Shown piece by piece: positions 10,174 to 19,280 of a stretch of 64,000 bases of DNA. The notes below the pieces were generated by a model, which saw only the letters and a list, made by a program, of their open reading frames with translations, made no database searches and was not told the origin of the DNA. This DNA is from an uncultured Desulfosarcina sp. (GTDB taxonomy: Bacteria; Desulfobacterota; Desulfobacteria; Desulfobacterales; Desulfosarcinaceae). Position 1 is the stretch's first letter; each line of letters opens with the position of its first letter. The stretch spans positions 1,792,001-1,856,000 of the forward strand of contig CAXXWQ010000003.1 in the NCBI GenBank assembly GCA_963674945.2, written 5' to 3'. The position numbers and the translations under genes are program-made.

Positions 10174-11619
10174 TTATCGTTCGATGGTAACGACCAGGTA
10201 TCCGGCATTTCGACGTTTGATCAAGAACCGAAGGATCTTTTCGTCTTTGTTCTTACTAATTAGCTTTGCAAATTCTTTTCGATCCGTAACGGCTGTCCGG
10301 TTGATCTCCTTGATAATATCACCGGGGCGGATATCGGCCTTCTGGGCGTCACTTTCGTCGCTCACATCCGTAACCAGGACGCCGTCTTCCTTCCCGTCAA
10401 TGCCGAAACGTCGGGCAATATCCGAATCCAAATCCGTCACTTCAATGCCCAATTCATTGCTGCCTCTCTTTTCGGTGGCGACGATTTTTTCATCATCATC
10501 CCGTTTGGCCAAGGTTACCGTAACGGTTTTTCTCTTGCCATCTCGAATCAAAAGAATCTGGGTCTTGTGCCCCACGGGTGTATTGGCAATCATGGAAGAA
10601 AGTTCCCGCCCCGTAGAGACGCTTTTGTCGTCGACGGATAAAATAATGTCGTTGACCTGAATACCCGCCTTATCCGCCGGATCACCCTCGAAAACCTGGG
10701 TCACGAGGACGCCTTTTTCGACGCTAAGACCGTAATATTCAGCCAGTTCCGGCGTCAGGTCTTGGATTCCCACCCCTAACCAACCACGGGTGACCTCTCC
10801 TTTGTCCTTGAGTTGATCGATGATTCCCTTGGCAAGGTTGATGGGAATGGCAAAACCGATCCCCTGGCCACTGGCAATGATGGCGGTATTGATTCCCACC
10901 ACTTCACCATCCATGTTGAGAAGCGGTCCACCTGAATTTCCAGGGTTGATGGATGCGTCCGTCTGAATGAAATCATCGTAAGGACCCGAGCCGATGATTC
11001 TTCCTTTGGCACTGACGATACCGGCGGTAACGGTCTGTTCGAGTCCGAAGGGACTGCCAATGGCCACGACCCAGGTTCCCACCTTCAGTTTATCCGAATC
11101 GCCAATTTTCAGTGGGCGTATGTTTTCGGCACCCTTGATTTTGATCAAGGCCAGGTCCGTTTTGGGGTCACGCCCAATCAACTCGCCGTCAAACTCTTTG
11201 TCATCTGCAAGAATCACTTTTATTTGGTCGGCGTCTTCGATTACATGGTTATTGGTAACGATATACCCTTGTTCATCGATCAAAAATCCGGAGCCCAAAC
11301 TTCGCTGTTTGAAATCCCGCTGGGGACCGTTTCCTTGAAATGGACCAAAAAATTCGTCGAAGGGGTTTTGGTTCCCCCCAAACGGATTACCAAAAAAATG
11401 GCGGAAGACCGGACTGCCGCCTTTAATGATTTTCACCGTTCGAATGTTCACGACCCCCGGCTTTACCTCCTCGGCCAGTTCGGAAAAACTCTTTGGCGCC
11501 TCAAATGCATGTGAAATGCCGCCGGCAAACGGTATCCCACCTGCCATAAGGGTAACGGTAAAAACGATGATGGCTGCAAATATACCGCCACCACTTTTGT
11601 GAAACCTGAACATATGCAT
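10174..11619 (-). CDS. degP: HtrA/DegP (Do) serine protease with two PDZ domains
   Basis: Signal sequence, GSGF, TNNHVI, DLAL, QTDASINPGNSGGPL, two PDZ domains. Confidence 0.93.
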   Translation of the reverse strand: MHMFRFHKSGGGIFAAIIVFTVTLMAGGIPFAGGISHAFEAPKSFSELAEEVKPGVVNIRTVKIIKGGSPVFRHFFGNPFGGNQNPFDEFFGPFQGNGPQRDFKQRSLGSGFLIDEQGYIVTNNHVIEDADQIKVILADDKEFDGELIGRDPKTDLALIKIKGAENIRPLKIGDSDKLKVGTWVVAIGSPFGLEQTVTAGIVSAKGRIIGSGPYDDFIQTDASINPGNSGGPLLNMDGEVVGINTAIIASGQGIGFAIPINLAKGIIDQLKDKGEVTRGWLGVGIQDLTPELAEYYGLSVEKGVLVTQVFEGDPADKAGIQVNDIILSVDDKSVSTGRELSSMIANTPVGHKTQILLIRDGKRKTVTVTLAKRDDDEKIVATEKRGSNELGIEVTDLDSDIARRFGIDGKEDGVLVTDVSDESDAQKADIRPGDIIKEINRTAVTDRKEFAKLISKNKDEKILRFLIKRRNAGYLVVTIER

Positions 11620-11745
11620 CCTCCTTGAACTGATAAGTCATAATCACTCTAATCATTTTTCATTTTTGTCTACCATATATCCCTATTGTGACGGTAATAT
11701 TACACGAAAATTATCAAATGGTAATGTTCGAAACACGAACGGCGA

Positions 11746-14094
11746 TTAATTTTGCACGCCGATCAGAACATCAACAGACTCTCTGGCTAGTTGTTCCCGC
11801 ACCGCCATTCCGATCTGCTCCATTCGATACGGTTTTTTGATATATCTTCCAGCACCCAGTTTTTGCGCCTCGACGACCCGTTGGGATTCCGAGAAACCGC
11901 TTGTGATAATCGCCTTTTGTCCCGGAGCAATGGTCAAAATCTGTCGATAGGTCTCGAGGCCATCCATCTCCGGGGTCATGATCATATCCAGAATCAGGAT
12001 ATCCACGGCGTTCTTCCGTACGAATTCAACTGCCTCCATGCCGTTGGATACTGTCGAAACCTGGTAGTTCAAGCGCCTGAGCATGAATGCGGCCAAGTCA
12101 CACTGTTCTTTGATGTCATCGACGACGAGCACCTTCTCACCAGCACCCCGGTATTGGTCCAAGGGTATTTCTTCGATTTCTTTCTCAGCCTTCTGCCGCG
12201 TGATGGGAAAGAAAAGATCAAAAACAGTACCCTTTTCTTCGATACTTCGAACATCGATGAAGCCATGGTGGTCTTTCACGGTTCCCCACACCACAGCCAT
12301 TCCCAGACCGGTACCGCTTCTTCCCATCTTTTTTTTCGTGTAAAAGGGCTCAAATATCTTTTCCAGGTCCGAAGAGGGGATACCGATACCGGTGTCTGCC
12401 ACTCGTAATCGGACATATTCCCCCTCCGGTATCGTCTCGAAGCCCTGGATCGGACCGTCGAGGTAACGATTTTTCGTGCTTATGGTAACGGTTCCCCCAC
12501 CGGGCATGGCTTCGGCCGCGTTGGTCGCCAGATTCATGAGGGTCTTGCTCAAATGTATGGGAGAACCGACGATGTTAAACACGGATGACGTCAAATCAAT
12601 CGCAAAGGAAATATCCGGATGATTGGATTTGAGATTGGCAAGTTCCGGGCTATTGAGATAATCCTGAACGATCTGGTTCAATCCGACGATGTCTGTAACG
12701 GCTACCCCCCGGCGCGCCAGCGTAAGCATGTCCTGAACAATGGCGGCGGCTTTTTCACCGGATCGTTTTATGGTTTCGATGACGGTATATGTCTGGCTGC
12801 CTTCGGGTACGTCCATCAGCAGAAGTTCCGGATATCCCACCAAGCCGGAAAGAATATTGTTCAGGTCGTGCGCCACACCACCGGCAAGCGTTCCGATGGC
12901 CTCCATTTTTTCAGCCCGCTGAAGCCGGGCTTCCATCTGTTTCATGGCAGTAATGTCTTTCGCCACCTGAAGTTGCACCAGGCGGCCGTCCTCCCACGAG
13001 ATGGCGCGGGCATAAATAATATACCATCTGTCATTAATCGGGTTCTTCTCTTCCCAGGAATGGCCTTTCCCTGGATTTCCGTTTTCATCCAACAGCAGTT
13101 TCAGCTTACATGAACGGCAAGGGGTTGAGAACCCAAAAATCGCATCGTGACACTTTTTCCCCACGAGATACTCTCCGTAGGTCTCTTTCATATGATGATT
13201 TGCCAATAAAATTACACGGGTGTTGATATCTGTCACATAAATATCCGCATCGATGCTATCCAAAATGTGTGCAAGCTTTTCATGGCTGCTTCGAACTCTC
13301 GATTCGGCCTGCTTTCTTTCCAATATCTCTTTGTTCAGATCCCGGTTGATTCGCTGTAAGGCCGCCGTGCGTGCCTCCACCCGCTTTTCCAGATTTCGAT
13401 TAATGTCGTCGGTTTTTTTCTTCTCCTCTTCTAAAAGGTGGTTTAAAAAGAAGTTCTTTCGCTGTTGCTTTTCAATGGAATAGCAGATGATCATCCCCAA
13501 GACATTGATTCCAATAAGATGGGAACCCAGAATCAGCTGCACTACAGCTGAGGTCTCCCCGAGCAGAATTACGGCGACCTGGTAGCCGATAATGACAACA
13601 CTGCCGGCAATTGATGCGGTGAGAAAACGTGCGTGCACGAAGGTATAGCCGAAAAATATACAAAAAATTGTGCCAAGGCAGTAAAAATAGGATTCGGGGG
13701 CGGGAGTGATCATGACCATTACCACGTACGCCAAGCCGGTGACCATGATATACAGGGCATTGACCGGCTGCCAGATGTAACGGTACATCGGGGTGTAGGA
13801 GACAAATAGCCCAATGATGAAGACGGGACACACGACGACATATCGGATAAACCACAACTGCAATTTATGATTGGGAAACACCGCTGCATCGAGGATGCCG
13901 AAGATACTGAAAAAGAGAATGGCATATATTTTACAACGTCTTACATGCTCCAACGAATTCGAAAAAAAGGTATCTTGAAACGGTTTTTCCAGCGGCTTGT
14001 CGTTTCCCGAAAAGCCCAATGTAAAAGGATTGAGATGAACCCTCAACAGGCTGTACGGAATTGCCACATCGGCTTTATTTTTCGTTGGCGTCAT
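11746..14094 (-). CDS. hybrid sensor histidine kinase (multi-TM, PAS, HisKA, HATPase, REC)
   Basis: About 6 TM helices; AGGVAHDLNNIL H-box; DTGIGI, FEPFYT, GTGLG; REC VVDD...LDMIM...KP. Confidence 0.92.
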   Translation of the reverse strand: MTPTKNKADVAIPYSLLRVHLNPFTLGFSGNDKPLEKPFQDTFFSNSLEHVRRCKIYAILFFSIFGILDAAVFPNHKLQLWFIRYVVVCPVFIIGLFVSYTPMYRYIWQPVNALYIMVTGLAYVVMVMITPAPESYFYCLGTIFCIFFGYTFVHARFLTASIAGSVVIIGYQVAVILLGETSAVVQLILGSHLIGINVLGMIICYSIEKQQRKNFFLNHLLEEEKKKTDDINRNLEKRVEARTAALQRINRDLNKEILERKQAESRVRSSHEKLAHILDSIDADIYVTDINTRVILLANHHMKETYGEYLVGKKCHDAIFGFSTPCRSCKLKLLLDENGNPGKGHSWEEKNPINDRWYIIYARAISWEDGRLVQLQVAKDITAMKQMEARLQRAEKMEAIGTLAGGVAHDLNNILSGLVGYPELLLMDVPEGSQTYTVIETIKRSGEKAAAIVQDMLTLARRGVAVTDIVGLNQIVQDYLNSPELANLKSNHPDISFAIDLTSSVFNIVGSPIHLSKTLMNLATNAAEAMPGGGTVTISTKNRYLDGPIQGFETIPEGEYVRLRVADTGIGIPSSDLEKIFEPFYTKKKMGRSGTGLGMAVVWGTVKDHHGFIDVRSIEEKGTVFDLFFPITRQKAEKEIEEIPLDQYRGAGEKVLVVDDIKEQCDLAAFMLRRLNYQVSTVSNGMEAVEFVRKNAVDILILDMIMTPEMDGLETYRQILTIAPGQKAIITSGFSESQRVVEAQKLGAGRYIKKPYRMEQIGMAVREQLARESVDVLIGVQN

Positions 14095-14152
14095 GGCGCG
14101 TCTCTTACTTCATCCGAAATATCGAAGAGGTCCGAGAAGAGAGGATACAGAT

Positions 14153-15607
14153 TCAGAGGGTGTTTTCGGAATGATTTACCAATTCATCGCTGGATCGCAT
14201 GAGGGGCAATGTGAGGGTGAAAGTACTTCCTACTCCCGGCTTGCTTTCGACACGAAGCGTACCACCATGGGCATGAACCACGGATCTTACCAGACTCAAA
14301 CCGAGGCCTGAGCCCTCGGTCGCACGACTTTGGTCGCATCGAAAAAAACGGGTGAAAATTTTTGGTAGATCCTCGTCGCTGATACCGATACCGTTATCTG
14401 TGATCGATATATTAACTTTATGATCAAAATTATCACAATATGCACAAATGTCAATCTTTCCAGAAGCCGATGTATACTTGATGGCATTGTCGACGATGTT
14501 GGAAATAGCCCTTTGAAGAAGCTTGAGGTCTCCTCGAATGATTAACGGATCTGAAATGTTGCATTGAAATTGGATGCCCTTGTCTTCGGCCAGGGGTGCG
14601 AACAGTGCCACTGCGTTTTTCACCTCGGCAGCCAAGTTCACCGGTTCCATCGCAAGGTCCTGGACACCGGCATCGGTTTTTGAGATCATCAGCATGGTAT
14701 TGATCATCTCCAACAACCGATCACACTCTTCGATTGTCCTGCCCGCCAATGTCATATCTTCATCGGCATCTTCAGGCTCTACGGTGAGGCTGATTTCGGC
14801 CATTCCGCGGATCCGGGCCACCGGGCTTTTTAAATCATGTGCAATATTATCACCCATTTCACGAACACCGGCAACCAATTTTTCGATGCGGTCCAACATC
14901 TGATTGAACGTCACGGCCAACCGATCGATCTCTTCGTGCCGTGCCATGACCGGTACGCGCCGACTTAGGTCTGATTCGGAAATCTGGCGGGCGGTACGGG
15001 TCACCGCTTCGACACCGGAAAGTGCCCTCTTTGCCATAAACCAGCCGACGAGGCCGGCGGTTGCGATCAGGGCGATCATTGTAATGATAAAGATTTTTTT
15101 CAGGATGCGAATATAAGCGGAATCGTTTTCCATTGAGTAGCCCAGCTGCAACAGGACGCCTCTCCCGATTTTTCCATAGGCGATTCGAATCCGGTCCGGT
15201 CGCCCAGGAATGGAAAGGGTTTCGTACACTCGGGATCGGCCTTCCATCAACTGGCCGACTGCCTCGCGGTTCAGCCCGATCTCACGCCAATAGGACATGT
15301 TGGAAGATGAAAACGCAACGCCGCTGGCGTAAAGCAGACGGAAAAAAACCTTTTTCTCGCCGGCGGCCTGGGATTCCGTCAGCGCGGCGGTTTTCACCTC
15401 TTCTATTCCTTGAAGATTGTAGATCGCCTCGAATTCGGATATCTTTTCGGACAGGTGGTCGTCCAGACGCTGTCTCAAATCAGTAGTAATCAATACATAG
15501 AAAAAGACGAATGCCAGGCACGACAACAAGGAAAAGACGAGGCCATACCATAACGACAGTCGGAAAGAGAGTGTTCGTGAGAACCTACGCACCTTGTCGA
15601 AGGACAT
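14153..15607 (-). CDS. HAMP sensor histidine kinase (CusS/BaeS-like)
   Basis: Two TM, HAMP, IAHDLKSP, NAIKY, DNGIGI, GSGLGL. Confidence 0.92.
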   Translation of the reverse strand: MSFDKVRRFSRTLSFRLSLWYGLVFSLLSCLAFVFFYVLITTDLRQRLDDHLSEKISEFEAIYNLQGIEEVKTAALTESQAAGEKKVFFRLLYASGVAFSSSNMSYWREIGLNREAVGQLMEGRSRVYETLSIPGRPDRIRIAYGKIGRGVLLQLGYSMENDSAYIRILKKIFIITMIALIATAGLVGWFMAKRALSGVEAVTRTARQISESDLSRRVPVMARHEEIDRLAVTFNQMLDRIEKLVAGVREMGDNIAHDLKSPVARIRGMAEISLTVEPEDADEDMTLAGRTIEECDRLLEMINTMLMISKTDAGVQDLAMEPVNLAAEVKNAVALFAPLAEDKGIQFQCNISDPLIIRGDLKLLQRAISNIVDNAIKYTSASGKIDICAYCDNFDHKVNISITDNGIGISDEDLPKIFTRFFRCDQSRATEGSGLGLSLVRSVVHAHGGTLRVESKPGVGSTFTLTLPLMRSSDELVNHSENTL

Positions 15608-16262
15608 ACCCAACTCCGCGAACCGTATGGATCAGCTTCTTGTCAAATCCCTTGTCCACCTTGTCTCGAAGCCTGCAAATCCTGGCCTCTACAACGTTTG
15701 TCTGCGGATCGAAATGGTAATCCCAAACATGCTCCATGATCATCGTTTTGGATACCACCCGTTCCGCATTGCGCATCAGATACGCCAGCAAGGCGTATTC
15801 CAATGGCTGCAGATCGATCTTGGTTCCATCGCGGTGGACCTCTCGTGCCAGCATATCGATGGTCAAGCCGCCGTAGGAGAGACGGGTCGGTTCTTTTGCT
15901 CCGCTCGCCCTTCGGATCAACGCTTGAACACGTGCCAGCAATTCGGAAAAGGCAAAGGGTTTGCTTAGGTAATCGTCTCCGCCTGTATGAAGCCCCTTCA
16001 CGCGGTCATCGATGGAACCTTTCGCGCTGAGAATGATGACAGGCGTCATTATGTTTTCCCGGCGCATCCGGCCGATAATTGAAAAACCGTCAAGCCCCGG
16101 CAGCATGATATCCACGATGGCGGCATCGTATGGTTCGGCAAATGCCATGTCCAAGCCGCTTAGGCCATCGGCTGCGTGATCCACGGCAAACCCTTCCGCC
16201 TTAAAACCTTTTTTGATGAAGGAGGCGATCTTTTCATCGTCTTCAATTAACAATAATCGCAT
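15585..16262 (-). CDS. OmpR-family response regulator (CusR-like)
   Basis: IEDD, DIMLPGLDG, DDYLSKPF, winged-helix IHTVRGVGY; overlaps the kinase gene. Confidence 0.95.
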   Translation of the reverse strand: MRLLLIEDDEKIASFIKKGFKAEGFAVDHAADGLSGLDMAFAEPYDAAIVDIMLPGLDGFSIIGRMRRENIMTPVIILSAKGSIDDRVKGLHTGGDDYLSKPFAFSELLARVQALIRRASGAKEPTRLSYGGLTIDMLAREVHRDGTKIDLQPLEYALLAYLMRNAERVVSKTMIMEHVWDYHFDPQTNVVEARICRLRDKVDKGFDKKLIHTVRGVGYVLRQGA

Positions 16263-16426
16263 GGCTGTCGTATACCTTTTTGGATAGAGTCAGCTTGTAA
16301 AATAGGAAACATTTCCCTCGATATCAAGGCTTGCGATTTTTTCGAAAAAAGGTAAATAACGTCGTTGACGACCAGACAAGAAATCAGGCCGATTTTTTTC
16401 CCCCAAAGGCAGCACCGGAGGAGCCG

Positions 16427-17065
16427 ATGAAGCAGAATCTCAGCCTTACCTGGAAGGGGATCTTTTTTGAGTTATGTATGGCACGCGTCCAGCCGGGACA
16501 CAAAGATCTGCTCCAAGTGCATGTTACTGCTGCCGATGCCGATCATAAACAAATATGGTACGAAAATGCTCCATTTTTACAATCCCATTTCAATACAAAA
16601 AACTGGTGGGCCATCGATGACTTGGATCACGTAATGGGGCTGGTTTTCGAAGACCGATTGACCCTCGAAGAAAATTTGTCGTCAATCTCCTTTGCGATCG
16701 ACGGCCGTTCGGTTACCGTCGACCCCAAGGCGTTGCAGATGCATTTTTATGCGCCGGAGGCCCATCCCCCCTTGAAGGATGATGAGTGGATCCTTCGCCA
16801 TGGTACCAGTTGCCGGGCAGAACTTACCCTGAAAACGGAAATTAGGCCGCCTTTTGACCCTGAATTGCTGACGTTCTCTCTTATTCAATACCCGGATATG
16901 GGGTATGTGTTAATCGACCTCGATTACGACGGACACGATGAACTACAATTTACCTGGGGAGAAAAGACCTATCTACCACCCCGTATTACTGGAAAGGAAA
17001 ATCTTCATGGTACTTCAAACACAACTCAAGAAGGACCTGCAACTGGCCATGAAGGCCAAAGATGA
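16427..17065 (+). CDS. hypothetical protein
   Basis: GGAGGAG SD before ATG 16427; globular composition; family not recognised. Confidence 0.65.
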   Translation: MKQNLSLTWKGIFFELCMARVQPGHKDLLQVHVTAADADHKQIWYENAPFLQSHFNTKNWWAIDDLDHVMGLVFEDRLTLEENLSSISFAIDGRSVTVDPKALQMHFYAPEAHPPLKDDEWILRHGTSCRAELTLKTEIRPPFDPELLTFSLIQYPDMGYVLIDLDYDGHDELQFTWGEKTYLPPRITGKENLHGTSNTTQEGPATGHEGQR

Positions 17066-17411
17066 AGTAAAAAGGGATACACTTCGCGTTGTCATGGGGG
17101 AGATGGCACGGTCAGAGAAAAAGCAATTCACCGACGATGAAATCATTTCCATACTTAAAAAACTGATCAAATCGGAAAAGGAGATGCTGGAAAAAAGCGG
17201 CCAGGGAACGTCATCCGCTTTTATCGATATCATTTCGGCCTACTTGCCCGCATTGGCAACGGAAGACGAAATTCGCCACTGGATTTCCTCCAACGTCGAT
17301 TTCTCAAAATACAAAAACAAGATGCAGGCCATGGGACTCATCATGGGACATTTCAAAGCCTCTGCAGATGGCAGTATGGTTAAGAGAGTGTTGGAAGCGT
17401 ATAACCCGTAA
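17007..17411 (+). CDS. GatB/YqeY domain protein
   Basis: LKKDLQLAMKAKD...TLR, YLP, MGLIM, ADG..V. Confidence 0.88.
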   Translation: MVLQTQLKKDLQLAMKAKDEVKRDTLRVVMGEMARSEKKQFTDDEIISILKKLIKSEKEMLEKSGQGTSSAFIDIISAYLPALATEDEIRHWISSNVDFSKYKNKMQAMGLIMGHFKASADGSMVKRVLEAYNP

Positions 17412-17432
17412 CATCGATTCCCGAAAAAGGAC

Positions 17433-18686
17433 TTATTTCATATGGACAGTAAGGAGTCCCACAATCGAACCGGTCATACAGGTAGCCAGGGTTCCCGCAA
17501 CGATCGACCGTAATCCCAAAGAGACGACCTCATTGCGGCGATCCGGTGCCATGGTCCCCAGGCCGCCGATCATGATCCCCAGGCTGCCTGGATTGGCAAA
17601 TCCACACATGGCGTAGGTCATGATCAGCATGCTTCGATGACCCAAGGTCCCAGGTGGCAGGCCGGATAGTTCCAGGTATGCCATGAGTTCGTTGAGGACG
17701 GTCTTTATGCCCATGAGGCTTCCGGCAGCCGGCGCCTCGGACCAGGGAACGCCCATCAGCCACACCAACGGTGCCATTACCCAACCCAAAAGCCGCTGGA
17801 GAGTGATCGGACGTCCTCCTGCATCGAAAAACAGCCCGAGCACCGTATTGGCAAGAGACACGAGCGCCACCAGCACAATGAGCATGGCAATGATATTGAT
17901 TAAAAGCTCAACACCCTGTAATGTGCCCCGGGTGATGGCATCCATACTCGTACCATCTTGTCCCTCAACATCCAGTTTTCCCTCAGTGGTGGTATCCGTT
18001 TCGGGGACCATCACCTTTGCCACGGTTACCGCTGCCGGGACGCTGATGATCGAGGCCGTCAGGATATGGCCCATCACTCCGGGAATGGCCCCTTCCAGAA
18101 TACTGGCATACAAAACCATTACCGTTCCTGCTATTGTGGCCATTCCGGCGGTCATGACGGTAAACAGTTCGCTACGGGTCATTTTCGACAGATACGGACG
18201 AATGAACAATGGGGACTCCACCATCCCCACGAAGACGTTGGCTGAGACGCCGAGACCTTCGACACCGCCCAACCCCATGGTTTTTCGCAGCACCCATGTA
18301 AACCCGCTGACCACCAAAGGCAGGATGCGCCAGTGAAATAACAGCGCTGACAGGGCACTCATCACCAAGACAAGCGGAAGCGATCGAAATGCCAAAATGA
18401 ACGTGGTGCCGGGATGGGTTTCCGCAAAGGGCAGTTGTGCCCCGCCGAGGTAGCCAAAAACGAGGGATGTACCGGCCGTCGTGGCCTTTTCCAATGCCAT
18501 GACGACATCGTTTAGAAGCAAAAAAAACTCCCTGAAAACCGGCACTCGCAATAAAATGAGACCGAGGATCAATTGCGTGATGATTCCCGCCGTAACCAGT
18601 TTTACGGAAACATGCCTGCGATTTTCTCCCATCAACCAGGCCAGTACAAGAAACACGAACAATCCGACCACTCCCCGCAGGACCAT
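17433..18686 (-). CDS. nupC: concentrative nucleoside transporter (CNT family)
   Basis: ANVFVGMVESPLFIRPY, GMATIAGTV, KTVLNE, CGFAN. Confidence 0.92.
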   Translation of the reverse strand: MVLRGVVGLFVFLVLAWLMGENRRHVSVKLVTAGIITQLILGLILLRVPVFREFFLLLNDVVMALEKATTAGTSLVFGYLGGAQLPFAETHPGTTFILAFRSLPLVLVMSALSALLFHWRILPLVVSGFTWVLRKTMGLGGVEGLGVSANVFVGMVESPLFIRPYLSKMTRSELFTVMTAGMATIAGTVMVLYASILEGAIPGVMGHILTASIISVPAAVTVAKVMVPETDTTTEGKLDVEGQDGTSMDAITRGTLQGVELLINIIAMLIVLVALVSLANTVLGLFFDAGGRPITLQRLLGWVMAPLVWLMGVPWSEAPAAGSLMGIKTVLNELMAYLELSGLPPGTLGHRSMLIMTYAMCGFANPGSLGIMIGGLGTMAPDRRNEVVSLGLRSIVAGTLATCMTGSIVGLLTVHMK

Positions 18687-18727
18687 TGATTTTACCCCTT
18701 ATTTTTTCAACTGCTCATTTTCCCGAT

Positions 18728-18985
18728 TCAACCGCCATCTCTGATCAGGACCGTTGCGACCTTGATGTCGTATGCCCGCTTGGGATCGAAGCCACTTCGG
18801 TTCTCGTAGAGAACCTGGGCTTGTTGAATTGCGCTGTAGGGAACCCAGCCGTGGTCATTCCAAATGCCGGGATCATCCTGATTTCTCATTCTGAATTCCA
18901 CCTCTCCATCTTTCTCCCTTACATACATGCGAACCCGTTTATTCTCAGGAAAAGGGTAGTAGTAAATTCCGACTTTGTCCTTCAT
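18728..18985 (-). CDS. small hypothetical protein
   Basis: 85 aa MKDKVGIYYYPFP...RMYVRE...HGWVPY; AAGGA SD. Confidence 0.7.
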   Translation of the reverse strand: MKDKVGIYYYPFPENKRVRMYVREKDGEVEFRMRNQDDPGIWNDHGWVPYSAIQQAQVLYENRSGFDPKRAYDIKVATVLIRDGG

Positions 18986-19280
18986 GCTCTTTGTTCCTTT
19001 GCACCGAAAAAAGATCATTCTCCATATCAAACCTGACGTTGGTCTCTGGCTCTGATGCATAGACAGACACGAACGTTCTTGGGGGCTGTCTGGGAAAGCG
19101 CGTGCTGTTTTTTCCATCATCACATTTATCGAGTCGTCATCAGCGACAATCATATCTCTACCGAAAAATTTTTTATTTTCAAAGATTTTTCTTTTCAGAT
19201 CAATGGATCTAAGATAAATTCCCCGGTTAATCGGCCAACCACAATATTATCGAAGGTCCAATATTTCGGGGATTGTCTGA

